Shown: piece by piece, positions 51,449-62,294 of the stretch | Numbering within the stretch: the first letter of the stretch is position 1 | How the letters are laid out: every line of letters starts with the position of its first letter | Source of the DNA: an uncultured delta proteobacterium | Lineage (GTDB): Bacteria; Myxococcota_A; Polyangia; Polyangiales; B10-G4 | Direction: 5' to 3' | Assembly (NCBI GenBank): GCA_963727445.1 | Contig: CAVSGI010000008.1 | Span: forward strand, 288,001-352,000 | Length of the DNA stretch: 64,000 nt | Notes under the pieces: generated by a model | Seen by the model: only the letters and a program-made list of their open reading frames with translations | What the model was told of the DNA's origin: nothing | The model's database searches: none | Made by a program: the position numbers and the translations under genes

Positions 51449-52291
51449 ATGGACGTCGCTCTCGCCACCTGTCAGTCGCTTCCGGAGCCCGATCACGACG
51501 AGGCGCCCCTCCTCGCCGCCCTCGGCGCCCGCGGCCTCTCGGCGCGCCCCCTCGCCTGGGACGATCCCCGCTCGGACTTCTCCCAGGCGACGATTACGCT
51601 GCTTCGCTCCACCTGGAACTACTACCGCCGCATCGACGACTTTCTCGCCTGGGCCGCGCACACGGCGAAGGTGTCGACGCTCTTGAACGACCTCGAGGTC
51701 GTGCGATGGAACCACGACAAGCGCTACCTCCTCGAGCTCGAGTCGCGGGGCATCCCCATCGCGCCCACCGAACGGCTCCCGCGCGGGGACGCGCGCAGCC
51801 TCGAGCAGATCCTGGCCACTCGCGGCTGGCGGGACGCCGTGGTCAAGCCTGCTATCTCGGCGGCCTCCTTTCGGACGATCCGGGTTCAGGCCGAGGACAC
51901 CGCCGCGGGAGAAGCCCACCTGCGGGAGCTGCTCGAAGAGCGCGACGTGCTGGTCCAACGCTACCTGCCGTCCGTGGAAGGCCACGGAGAGCGGTCCCTC
52001 ATCTGGATCGACGGCGTGCTCACCCACGCGGTGCGCAAGACGCCCCGCTTCGGTGACGAAGACGAGCACGTCTCGGACGCGGTCGAGATCGCGGAGGACG
52101 AACGGGCGCTGGCCGCGCGCGTCATCGACGCCGCCCCGGTCTCCATCGTCTATGCCCGCATCGACATCGCTCGGGACGACGAAGGCGCGCCGGTCCTGAT
52201 GGAGCTCGAGCTGATGGAGCCCTCGCTCTACTTTCCCCAGAGCGAAGACGCGCTCGAACGCATGGCGACCGCGATCGCCGCGCGGCTCTGA
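51449..52291 (+). CDS. ATP-grasp ligase (RimK/glutathione synthetase-like)
   Basis: RSTWNY, WNHDKRYL, VVKPAIS, YARID and MELELMEPSLYF motifs. Confidence 0.85.
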   Translation: MDVALATCQSLPEPDHDEAPLLAALGARGLSARPLAWDDPRSDFSQATITLLRSTWNYYRRIDDFLAWAAHTAKVSTLLNDLEVVRWNHDKRYLLELESRGIPIAPTERLPRGDARSLEQILATRGWRDAVVKPAISAASFRTIRVQAEDTAAGEAHLRELLEERDVLVQRYLPSVEGHGERSLIWIDGVLTHAVRKTPRFGDEDEHVSDAVEIAEDERALAARVIDAAPVSIVYARIDIARDDEGAPVLMELELMEPSLYFPQSEDALERMATAIAARL

Positions 52292-52292
52292 G

Positions 52293-53366
52293 TCACTCCT
52301 CGGCGTCTTCGCCAGCGGCGCCTTCCTGGGCGCCCTCTTCGCGGTGTCGTCCACCGACGAGCACGGGCGTCGCGAAACGGACCAGGCGGCTCATCTGCAG
52401 CTGGGTGAGCGAGAGCTGCAGATGCAGCTCGCCGCCTTCCGCCTCGAACTCCGCTCCTTGGATGGCGGAGCTGAGACCGAGCAGCGAGAGCATCGGGTTG
52501 TCGGCGTACTCGAGTCGCCGCGAGTCCCAGAACGCACGCGCCTCCGCCGCTTCGGCCGGATCGTCGAAGGAGCCTTCCCAACGCGCCGTCACGTTCCCGT
52601 TCTCGTCGCCCCAGATGCGCACCTTGAAGCGATCGGGATAGTGCGGCCGCTCTTCTTCGCCGCCCATGATGCCGCGACCGGAGCCCATGAGCCCTGCGCC
52701 TTCGTCGACCACCGACCCCCCGTCCCAGGGCATGGGGAAGCCCGGCACCAGCTCGGTCCCCTGCGCCCGTGACAGCGCGATGAATCGCGCCACCTCGGCG
52801 CTCGGACCGAGGACCAGCCAGTTGTCTCGCGGCAGCGCCACCGACTGTTCGACCTCCGGCTCGCCTGGCCAATCAGCGGTCGGGATCCCCTGGTGCTCGC
52901 CCCACTCCACCGTGCGCCCCTGGCTCTGTGCGATGTCGATCACGAACTGCTTCACCTCGTCGACGGTGGAGTTGTGACGCGCCAGCATCACGTACTCCTT
53001 GCTGCCGCGACCCGGCGCAGCCGCGATGATGGAGTCGATGTCGTTGATCGGATCGAGGTCGCTGACCTCGAGGACCGCTCGCCACTGGGGGATCGCTTCG
53101 AGCAGCCGCCGGATCTCCGGCTCGAGAGGCGTGCCCCGCACCTGCGAGACGTCGCTGCGGATGATGTAGCGATACGGCTCGTCGAGGACGACGGAGGTGG
53201 AGCGCGAAGGGTCGGGCAGAGGGAGGAGGTCGTGGACCTCGGGCGCCTCGTCACCGGTGGTCGCCACCGTCTCGGTCCCGCCCGTCGCCTGGACGTCGGT
53301 CGCGCCTCCCCCGCATCCGGCGAGCACGAGGAGCAGGACGGCCGAACAGCAGGCGGGGGATCGCAT
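52293..53366 (-). CDS. Lipoprotein, unknown function
   Basis: LAGC lipobox and typical composition. Confidence 0.75.
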   Translation of the reverse strand: MRSPACCSAVLLLVLAGCGGGATDVQATGGTETVATTGDEAPEVHDLLPLPDPSRSTSVVLDEPYRYIIRSDVSQVRGTPLEPEIRRLLEAIPQWRAVLEVSDLDPINDIDSIIAAAPGRGSKEYVMLARHNSTVDEVKQFVIDIAQSQGRTVEWGEHQGIPTADWPGEPEVEQSVALPRDNWLVLGPSAEVARFIALSRAQGTELVPGFPMPWDGGSVVDEGAGLMGSGRGIMGGEEERPHYPDRFKVRIWGDENGNVTARWEGSFDDPAEAAEARAFWDSRRLEYADNPMLSLLGLSSAIQGAEFEAEGGELHLQLSLTQLQMSRLVRFATPVLVGGRHREEGAQEGAAGEDAEE

Positions 53367-53428
53367 GGGCGAAGCCTGCCACGGCCCCCGCCGGGTTGCA
53401 CGAGCCAGCGCTAGGCTATGATCGGGCC

Positions 53429-54314
53429 GTGGGACTCCTTCGCTTTTTCACCCTCTTCGTCCTCTCGGCCGTCTTGGCACTGGCCTGTGCCGCCGGCCGG
53501 CGCGGCTCGACGCCGACCACCGACAGCGGGACCACCGACGCCCGCATGGATACGGGGACGACGATGGACACGGGTGCCCCGCCGGATACGGGCGCTCGGA
53601 CCGACAGCGCGCCAATGGACACCGGGACCGGCGGCGACGCAGCCCCGGTCTGTGCGCCGGCGACCTCCGCCGAGAACACCAACGCGCTCTGCGGCAACGG
53701 CCTCGACGACGATGGCGACGGGCTCATCGATTGCGCGGACCGCTCCTGCTCGCGTCACCCGAGCGTCGACGTCTGCCAGGAGTCGAACTGCAGCAACGGT
53801 CTCGACGACGACGGAGACGGCTTCTACGACTGCGCCGATTTCGACTGCGCGGGCTCCGCGAGCTGCCCCCCGCCGAGCGAAGGCGGCGGCGCCTGTGACA
53901 ACATGCTGGACGACGACGGCGATGGATTCGTCGATTGCGCGGACTTCGACTGCAACGGGTTCTCCGGCTGCGCCGCGGAGACCAACTGCACGAACGCCTT
54001 CGACGACGACGGGGACGGGTTCACGGACTGCGACGACTTCGACTGCCAGCTCGGCGGCAGCTGCCCGGGCCTCGAGGTCACCAACGCCACATGCGACGAC
54101 GGCATGGACAACGACGGCAACGGTTTCACCGACTGCGACGATTCTCAGCTGCGCCCACAGCCCCGCGGTCACCATCTGCGAGGGCAACGCCGAGACCTGC
54201 TCCGACGGCATCGACAACGACTGCGACGGCTTCGTGGATTGTGAGGACTTCGGCTGTCGCGCTTGCGACACCCCTTACGCCGCCGCGACCTGCGAGCGCT
54301 GCCCCGCGCCCTAG
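53429..54314 (+). CDS. Lipoprotein with Cys/Asp-rich repeats; apparent +1 frameshift ~54143
   Basis: ALAC lipobox, DTG linker and CxNGxDDDGDGFxDCxDFDC repeats. The last repeat is in the frame ending at 54314. Confidence 0.82.
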
Positions 54315-54330
54315 TGCCTGGTCCAATGAC
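54309..54330 (+). repeat. 22-bp dispersed repeat, copy 2
   Basis: Identical to 28867-28888. It spans the whole spacer between two convergent TAG stops. Confidence 0.85.
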
Positions 54331-55277
54331 TAGCTCGGAGCGAGCCAGCCGCGACGATAGAACCAGCCGAGCATCCCGGTCGCGACCAGCGCCATCGCTC
54401 CGAGGCAGAGCGGATAGCCGTAGTGCTCGTGCAGCTCGGGCATCCAGGCGAAGTTCATGCCGTAGATGCCCGCCAAGAGCGACAGAGGCATGAAGACCGC
54501 GGAGATGACGGTGAGGATGCGGAGGCGGTCCTCGGTCCGCCGCTGGTAGAGCATCTGCAGCTGCCCCTCGAGCTGCCGCGCCCGCGTCTCGAGGCGATCG
54601 AAGGAGCGGTCGATGTAGCGCACCAGCCCGACGGTGGCCTGATGCGGCTCGATCGCCAGGGGGACCGCCTCCCGAACCGCAGGCGCCTCGGTCGACGCCA
54701 TGCAGTAGACCTGATCCTCGCAGATGTTCCCGCACGTCTGGATGTCGATCTTCAGCTGGAAGATGTCCGGATAGGAGACCGAGTCCGGGTCGTCGTGGAT
54801 TCGCGCCTCGACCTCGTCCACTTTGGCGCGGAGCTCTTGGAGCGCGAGCTCGTCGGCGCGCCCAGAGGCAAAGAGGATCTCGCCCATCGGTCCGGTGGCG
54901 CTGTCCATCCCGCGCTCCACCACACCCTGTCGGAGCTCCTCGAGATAGGGGATCGGACTCTCGGTCGCCGTGACGAGCGTTCGGCCCCGGATCACGTAGC
55001 GGAGGTACGTGCGCGTCCACTCGCCGGGGATCTGGAGCGGCAGGGTGCATACGAAGGCGCGCGCATTGACCATCGCGCCCGGATGAGGCGAGCGGCTAGA
55101 GGCCGTCTCCACGACAGCCGCCGAGACGCCGAGGCCTTCGAGCTCCCGTTCGAGCTCCCCCGGCTCCGGCGCCAGCACGTGTATCCACGCGAACTCCGTT
55201 CCGTCGTCGTCGACCGAGGGCGCGCTCTCACGCTCCTCGACGTTGTCGTCTCGCACCAGATAGTAGAAGGTCGCCAT
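54330..55277 (-). CDS. corA: CorA-family divalent cation transporter
   Basis: LTVISAVFMPLSLLAGIYGMNF..MPEL signature and two C-terminal TM helices. Confidence 0.9.
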   Translation of the reverse strand: MATFYYLVRDDNVEERESAPSVDDDGTEFAWIHVLAPEPGELERELEGLGVSAAVVETASSRSPHPGAMVNARAFVCTLPLQIPGEWTRTYLRYVIRGRTLVTATESPIPYLEELRQGVVERGMDSATGPMGEILFASGRADELALQELRAKVDEVEARIHDDPDSVSYPDIFQLKIDIQTCGNICEDQVYCMASTEAPAVREAVPLAIEPHQATVGLVRYIDRSFDRLETRARQLEGQLQMLYQRRTEDRLRILTVISAVFMPLSLLAGIYGMNFAWMPELHEHYGYPLCLGAMALVATGMLGWFYRRGWLAPS

Positions 55278-55354
55278 GGTCGCGAAGTCTACTCCGCCCT
55301 CGCGGGTCGGTTGGGTGGATCAGACCGGGCAGAAATCGCGCTATGCTCCGCGCC

Positions 55355-56128
<774 letters not shown>

Positions 56129-56143
56129 TCTCGGGACCCGGGC

Positions 56144-58615
56144 TCAGCCTTTGACGCCGCGCAGCGAGAGGAGCGCGGGCAAGGCGATGATCGCGGCGGC
56201 CACGCAGGTGATCTCGCTGATCGACATCGCGGCGCCGAAGCTGTTCAGCGCCTGGTTGCTGCTCGCGTAGAGCGAGATGTAGCCGAAGATGGTGGTCATC
56301 GAGCAGAGCACCACCGCGCCGCCTGTCGCTTCGATGGCGCGCCGCGCGGCGCCGCTGCCCTTCTCTTCTTCCTGGACGAAGCGCTGCATGTAATTGACGC
56401 CGTAGTCGACGCCGTTGCCGAAGGTGATCGGGAAGGCCAGGAAGTTGAGGAAGTTGATCTTGAGGCCGCTCAGGGCGATCAGCGCCGCCATCCACAGGAT
56501 GCCCACCAAGAGGCTCCCGAGCGTCAACAGGCGGTCGCGCCAACGGCGGAAGCCGATCATGAGCAGGATCGAGGTGAGCAGGAGCGCGAGCCCCACGGCC
56601 TTGGGCGCATCGACGAAGATCGCGTCGAGGAGGTCCGCGAAGACGCCGGCGTTGCCGGTCATGGGGGGGCGCTCGCCGCCCGGCAGGCGCACCTCGCGCA
56701 TCTGCTCGGCCCAGCGCAGCATGAACTTGCCGTCCCAGCTGTTCCCCGAAGGGTCGTGTCCCACGAAGACGATCCGCCCCAGCGTGCCGTCCTTTTCGGT
56801 GAAAGGTCGCGCCGCCGTCTCGGGGATGTCGGCCGCGGTCAGCGGCGTGATCTCCTCGGGGGGCGTGTGGGCGTCGATGTCCTCGAGCTGGTCGTCGTCC
56901 GCGTAACGGCGAATGTCGAGGAGGAGTGTGCGGATCTCGCCGAGGATCGCGATCTTGTCCTCTTGGCGCGACGGAAGGATGTCGTCGATGCTGGTGATGT
57001 CGCCGAGCACCCCGGGCCGCTCGGCCTCGATCTCCTTCAGCTGCGCAGTGACATCCGAGACCTCGTCCGCATCGGGGACCAGCATCACCATCGCGCTGCC
57101 GGTCATCGACTCGCTGACCAGCTCGCCCTGGCGATCGTTGACCCACTGAACGCGGCTCGCCGGATCGCGCTCGCTCTGGAGTTTGCGGAAGTCGTATTCC
57201 ATCGGGTCGGAGGCCACGTAGTCGTAGACCTTCCAAACCGACAGCGCCGTGATCACCGCCGCCAACACCACCACGAAGCGCGGGGCCTTGAGGGCCGCCC
57301 AGCGAAAGGCCACCCCGTAGATGTTGCGGCGCGCTGCCTCGCGGCGCTTGATGGGCCGGATGCGCTCGAAGAGAGAGGCGAGGGACGGGAGCACAAGGAT
57401 GCATCCCACCCAGCACGCGACCATTCCGAAGCCGCCGATGATCCCGAAGTCCCTGAAGCCGCGGAAGTCGGTGATGATGAGCGAGCCGTAGGCGAGCGCA
57501 GCGGCGAGCGAGGCGGTGAGCGTCGCAGCCCAGGTGCCCTTGTGGGTGTTCTCGATGGCGATGGGCACCGCCGTGCCCTCACGCCGCTCCTCGAAGTAGC
57601 GCGCGAGCCAGATCACGTTGGGGTTCACCCCGTTTCCGATGACGATGCTCGCCAAGAAGGCGGACGACGAGTTCAGGTAGTCCACCGTCAGCTCGGCGAA
57701 GCCGAAAGTCACCAGCACCGGGCACACCAGCGCGAGACCCAGGAGCGGGATCGATCGGTTGCTGAGGAAGAACAGATAGACGCTGAAGAGGACGAGGACG
57801 ACGGTGGCGATGGTGGCGATGGCCACCTCTCCGATCAGCGCCTCGGCCTCCTCGACGCTGTCCATCAGGTCCGAGCCGAGGTCCCATTTCACGTCGGACA
57901 GGCCCGTGTCGGTCGCGACCCGCCGCGCCCGCGCCTCCACGGCGTTGGCCAGGGCGCGTCCCTCGACGTGCTCGCCCATGCGGACGTCGGTGCGGATGAA
58001 GATGCCGATCAGCGGCGTCTCGGCGCTCTCGAAGAAGTCGGACTCGATGCTCGCCTGGCCGGCCTCCTCACCTTCGCGCAGACGGTCGATGAGCGACTCG
58101 AAGTCCGGCGGCTCTTCATCGTCGAGCTGGATGTAGAACGGGTTGCTCCGCGCCGCTTCGTACTCCTTGCGCTCCTTCAGGGCGTCCCGGATCTCCACCA
58201 GGTCGTCGTAGTCGGCGAAGAGGAAACGGTTGTCTTCGATGTAGTGGTCGAGCGCGCCTTCGTTCCAGTCGATGGCGACCACGTGCTCGGGCGAGTCGCT
58301 CTCGAGGTCGTTCACGAGCGCGCGTGCGAAGGTGCGTACATCCTCGCGGTCCTCGCCGTGGACGATGACGGTGAGCGTGGTGGCCTGACCGACGCGGTCC
58401 TGCATCTCTTCGAGGTCCACCACCGCCGGGGCGTTCTCCGGCAACAGCGCCGTGAGGTCGCCGCGCAGCTCGAGCTGCCCGATGAGCGGGAGCGAAAGTA
58501 CGGAGAGGATCACCGCTGGCATCACGTAGCGCAGCGGCCGCGATGCCTGATCCGGGGCGAGTCGCTCGAAGAAGCGGTCGACCTTCTGGCCGATCGCCAC
58601 GAGCCGGTCCTTCAC
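56144..58615 (-). CDS. MMPL/RND-family transporter
   Basis: Two TM bundles with large extracytoplasmic loops; IGNGVN, GNGVDY, TGGAV..CSMTT.FGY and FRGFRDFG motifs. Confidence 0.88.
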   Translation of the reverse strand: MKDRLVAIGQKVDRFFERLAPDQASRPLRYVMPAVILSVLSLPLIGQLELRGDLTALLPENAPAVVDLEEMQDRVGQATTLTVIVHGEDREDVRTFARALVNDLESDSPEHVVAIDWNEGALDHYIEDNRFLFADYDDLVEIRDALKERKEYEAARSNPFYIQLDDEEPPDFESLIDRLREGEEAGQASIESDFFESAETPLIGIFIRTDVRMGEHVEGRALANAVEARARRVATDTGLSDVKWDLGSDLMDSVEEAEALIGEVAIATIATVVLVLFSVYLFFLSNRSIPLLGLALVCPVLVTFGFAELTVDYLNSSSAFLASIVIGNGVNPNVIWLARYFEERREGTAVPIAIENTHKGTWAATLTASLAAALAYGSLIITDFRGFRDFGIIGGFGMVACWVGCILVLPSLASLFERIRPIKRREAARRNIYGVAFRWAALKAPRFVVVLAAVITALSVWKVYDYVASDPMEYDFRKLQSERDPASRVQWVNDRQGELVSESMTGSAMVMLVPDADEVSDVTAQLKEIEAERPGVLGDITSIDDILPSRQEDKIAILGEIRTLLLDIRRYADDDQLEDIDAHTPPEEITPLTAADIPETAARPFTEKDGTLGRIVFVGHDPSGNSWDGKFMLRWAEQMREVRLPGGERPPMTGNAGVFADLLDAIFVDAPKAVGLALLLTSILLMIGFRRWRDRLLTLGSLLVGILWMAALIALSGLKINFLNFLAFPITFGNGVDYGVNYMQRFVQEEEKGSGAARRAIEATGGAVVLCSMTTIFGYISLYASSNQALNSFGAAMSISEITCVAAAIIALPALLSLRGVKG

Positions 58616-59652
58616 GACGCCGGCTCCTCGCTGGGGGCCGCGGCTTCGACGGTCGCGGCAGAAGGTGCGGCTTCGGAAGCTTCGCCGCGGGCGGCGGCTC
58701 GGATGTCATCCACGCCGCCCCAGAGCGCGAGCCCGGTGAGCGACGAGGTCGCGATCACGATCTGAGAGATGCGAGCGAGCAGGGCGATGGACACGGCGCG
58801 TGCCGGATCGTCGGCGAAACCGAGCGCATCGGCAAAAAGGCGGTAGGCCCCCTCCACCACACCCACCTGATTGGGGATGAAGTCGCCGGCGAAGGCGCCG
58901 ACCAGGTGAACGCCCTGGGCCAGGAGCGCCCCGCCCACGGTGAAGGCCCCACCCACGGCTACCAGCGCGATCCCGTACTGCACCGTCTGGGAGACGCGGC
59001 CCAGGATGTTCACCCCGAGGGCCTTGAGCAGCGTCTTTCGCGGCACCCGAAGCGCCCCGTCCAGGTGGTCGCCGACGTGCATCATGCGACGGATTCGCTT
59101 CCCCAAGAAGCGACCGACCCGCAGTCGGCGGGCCACGATCAGGATCGCCCCGCCGCCGACGAGGGTGATCGTCGCGTTGACGGCCATGAGCCAGGTCAGC
59201 GCGTGATCGAAGCCGAGGACCGACCCGACCGAGATCAGGCACGGGATGCTGATGACTGTGTTCGCGAGGAGCGAGATCGCCTGAGCGTTCGTCGCGGCGG
59301 CCGCGGCGCGCCCGGCGCCGACGCGATCGTTGATCGCGGTCGCGCGCGCGACCTCGGCGCCGGCGCGCCCCGCGGGGACCAGCACCATGAACACGTAGGT
59401 GATGAGCTGGGCCCGGATGTACACCGGCCACGGGATCTTCTTGGCGTCCTCCTCGAGCAGGATGCGGTGGCTCGCCACCTCGCTGATGAACCACCCCGAG
59501 TCGAAGATGATGAGGAAGACCATGAAGGGGCCGGCCGCGAGCAGGGTCTCGAGGACCCGCCTGGGACCGACCTCGTTGATCAGATAGGCGACGACGGCGA
59601 TGCCGATGACGAGGGCGGCCCACTTGAGGGCGCGTTTCACCTTCGTCGACAC
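58612..59652 (-). CDS. Lysylphosphatidylglycerol-synthase-TM (flippase-like) membrane protein
   Basis: Multi-TM protein with PAGRAGAEVAR, IPNQVGVVEG and LLARI motifs. GTGA overlap with the MMPL gene. Confidence 0.78.
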   Translation of the reverse strand: MSTKVKRALKWAALVIGIAVVAYLINEVGPRRVLETLLAAGPFMVFLIIFDSGWFISEVASHRILLEEDAKKIPWPVYIRAQLITYVFMVLVPAGRAGAEVARATAINDRVGAGRAAAAATNAQAISLLANTVISIPCLISVGSVLGFDHALTWLMAVNATITLVGGGAILIVARRLRVGRFLGKRIRRMMHVGDHLDGALRVPRKTLLKALGVNILGRVSQTVQYGIALVAVGGAFTVGGALLAQGVHLVGAFAGDFIPNQVGVVEGAYRLFADALGFADDPARAVSIALLARISQIVIATSSLTGLALWGGVDDIRAAARGEASEAAPSAATVEAAAPSEEPAS

Positions 59653-59663
59653 GACCGCCTACC

Positions 59664-60951
59664 TCAAACCTGCCTCGCGCGGTCGGCGAGCTCGTGGCGC
59701 GCCGCCCACACCTCGGAGAAGATCTTCGCGTACTGCTCCACCGTCTCGCGGCTCTGCGCGATCAGGGGGCACGACTGAGAAAAGAGGACCAGCGACTCGG
59801 AGAGGAGCGCTCGCGCGACGGGATAGCGGGTGGGGTCGTAGTTGTCGGCGAGGCGCGAAAGGAGCGCTTCCGGCACGGGCCAGCCCTGGCCCCGGGCGAG
59901 CTTTTCGGCGAAGAGCGGATGGCCGGGGAGGATCTCGGTCTGCCAGTACACGACCTCGAGGCCCTCTTCACGGAGCGCCGCGACCAGCGCGTCGCGGAAA
60001 GCGATGGGCGAGACGCCTTCGAGGCCAGCGGCGGCCAGATCGAAGCGGACGCGATACTTGTGGTGCACGCTCTCGCGATCGCTCGGGACGACCGGGGGCA
60101 GGACGCCCTCGAGCTCGGCGAGCCGGGAGGAGAGCCAGGCGGCATTCTGCTGAGCGGCCTTCGTGCGCGCCGGGAGCTTCGCGAGCTGCGCCGAGGCGAA
60201 CGCGGCCATCATCTCGTTGCCGCGGTACATGCTGCCCACGAAAGACGAGACCAGGCGGGCCTCCGTCGAGAGGGCGGCCGAGGTCGAGCGTGCCGCCCGG
60301 CGCGCCGACGTTCTGGCCGAAGTTGCGGATGCGGTTCGCGTGGGCCCAGGCCTCGTCGTCGTTGGTGACGAAGACCCCGCCCTCCCCGCAGCCGAGGTTC
60401 TTGCTCGACTGGAGCGAGAAGCCCCCGGCCGCGCCCAGCGCGCCGACCGGCGCGCCCTCGTAGGTCGCGAGGTGCGCCTGGGCCGCGTCCTCCACCACGA
60501 CGAGGTCGCGGGCCCGCGCGAATTCGAGGATCGCCCCGAGGTCCGCCGGGCAGCCGTGAACGTGCACCGGCATGATGGCCTTGGTGCGCTCCGAGAGCGC
60601 CGCGCCCAGCAGGGCCGGGTCGAGGTTCCCGCTCTCGGGCAGGACGTCGACGAAGATCGGGATCGCGCCGCGGAGCAGTGGGGCCATCGCGGTCGCCACG
60701 AAGCTGTACGCCGGGATGATGACCTCGTCACCCGCCTCGACGCCGGCAGCCGCCAGAGCGACCTGGAGCGCGCTCGTCCCGCTGTGCGTCAGAAGCGCAT
60801 GCTCGGCGCCGACGCTCTCGGCGAACGCCTCTTCGAAGGCGCGGGCCGCGGGCGCGTTCGAACCGGAGAGGACGCCGCGGTCGAGGACCGCGAGGACCGC
60901 GCGGCGCTCCTCGTCCTCGACGATGGGCCAGAGCTGGTGCTGAAGCTTCAT
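59664..60951 (-). CDS. DegT/DnrJ/EryC1/StrS-family PLP aminotransferase; apparent frameshift ~60270
   Basis: HSGTSAL, SFVAT, MPVHVHG, EDAAQAH and FSLQSSKNL.CGEGG motifs. The C-terminal part (GSMYR.NE..AA) is in the frame ending at 59664. Confidence 0.88.
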
Positions 60952-61029
60952 TTCCCCATTCCCCGAACGACAGCGGCGCCACCGCCCGCGGGGAGCGATG
61001 ACGCCGTCGTCACAGTCGACATGGAAGCC

Positions 61030-62232
61030 TCAAAGGCCCTTGTCGATCCAGCTGTAGAGGTTGCGCTCCTGATTGAACAGGTCGTGCTCGGGCTTGCCGT
61101 CGCGGGTGTAGGGCGACTTGAAGAACATCGCCAACTGCTCCTGCGGGCCCTTCTCGCCGCGCGTCTTCGCGAGGTCGACGAGGCGGACGAGGTCCATGAC
61201 GAGCGGCGCCGCCAGCGCGGAGTCCTGGCAGAGGAAGTTGACCTTCATCTGCATCGGGATGTCCGCGAAGCCGGAGATGTCGATGTTGTCCCAAGCCTCC
61301 TTCGCGTCGCCGCGGGGCTTGTAGTAGTGGATGTGAACCTGGTGGTTCTCCACCGGGTAGCCGAGGATCGAATCGAGCACCGACTGCTTGCTCATGACCT
61401 TGGTCTTGTTGGAGTCGGGGGAGTCCAGGACCTTGCCGTCGCTGTTGCCGAGGAAGTTCGTCGAGTACCAGCCGTCGACGTTGAGACGGCGCGCGCGGAA
61501 CATCGAGGCCAGGGCGGTCTTGACCAGGGTCTGGCCCGTCTTGCCGTCCATGCCGGCATAGGGGTTCGCGTTCTTGTCGGCGTGCTCGATGAGCGCCGGA
61601 ATGTTGGCGAGGCTCGGGGCGAAGTTGACGTGGGGGATGCCCATCTCGTTCGCCGCGTAGAAGTAGCGCATGGTGGGCGAGACGGCGGGGTCATTGTCGT
61701 CGATCGCCTTCTCGAAGGCCGCGAGGGTGTCGTAGGCCGGGACGTGGTCGAGCCACTTCTCGGTGGACGCCAGGTTCACCAGCACCACGCGGTCGAGGCT
61801 GTTCTCCTTCTTGAAGACCTCGATGTGGTTCTTGATGGCGGCGATCTGCTCGCGGTGCGTGCCGGTGGTGACGTGCTCGCCTTCGAGGTTCTTCGCGTAC
61901 TCGCGATCGAAGATCGCGGGCCACGCCACCATCGACGCCAGCTCGTTCTTCACGGGCTCGACCTGGTCGGGGCGGAAGATGCCGTGACGCGAAACCGCGT
62001 CGTGCACGTTGTTCCGCTTGATGTCCCACCCGCCGAAGACGATGTTCTCGAGCTTGGGGAAGTCCACCTTGCCGTGGAGCCCACCGACGTCACCGTCCGC
62101 AGACTTCTCCGTGAGCATGCCGCGACGCGCGACCGCACCCTTGACCATGAGCCGCGTGGCGGCGATGAGCGTCGAGGAGACCGCGCCGTTGACGCCGACG
62201 ATCACCACTCCGAGACGATCCGTATTGCTCAT
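61030..62232 (-). CDS. ino1: Inositol-3-phosphate synthase
   Basis: GVNGAV, FGGWDI, NLASTE, DGKTGQT, NFLGNSDG, GDAKEAWD and DSALAAPL motifs. Confidence 0.93.
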   Translation of the reverse strand: MSNTDRLGVVIVGVNGAVSSTLIAATRLMVKGAVARRGMLTEKSADGDVGGLHGKVDFPKLENIVFGGWDIKRNNVHDAVSRHGIFRPDQVEPVKNELASMVAWPAIFDREYAKNLEGEHVTTGTHREQIAAIKNHIEVFKKENSLDRVVLVNLASTEKWLDHVPAYDTLAAFEKAIDDNDPAVSPTMRYFYAANEMGIPHVNFAPSLANIPALIEHADKNANPYAGMDGKTGQTLVKTALASMFRARRLNVDGWYSTNFLGNSDGKVLDSPDSNKTKVMSKQSVLDSILGYPVENHQVHIHYYKPRGDAKEAWDNIDISGFADIPMQMKVNFLCQDSALAAPLVMDLVRLVDLAKTRGEKGPQEQLAMFFKSPYTRDGKPEHDLFNQERNLYSWIDKGL

Positions 62233-62294
62233 TTCACTCGAACCTTTCTTCGCACACTGGGGAGGCTGACGAGCCGCCCCTCACTGCCCTCGGA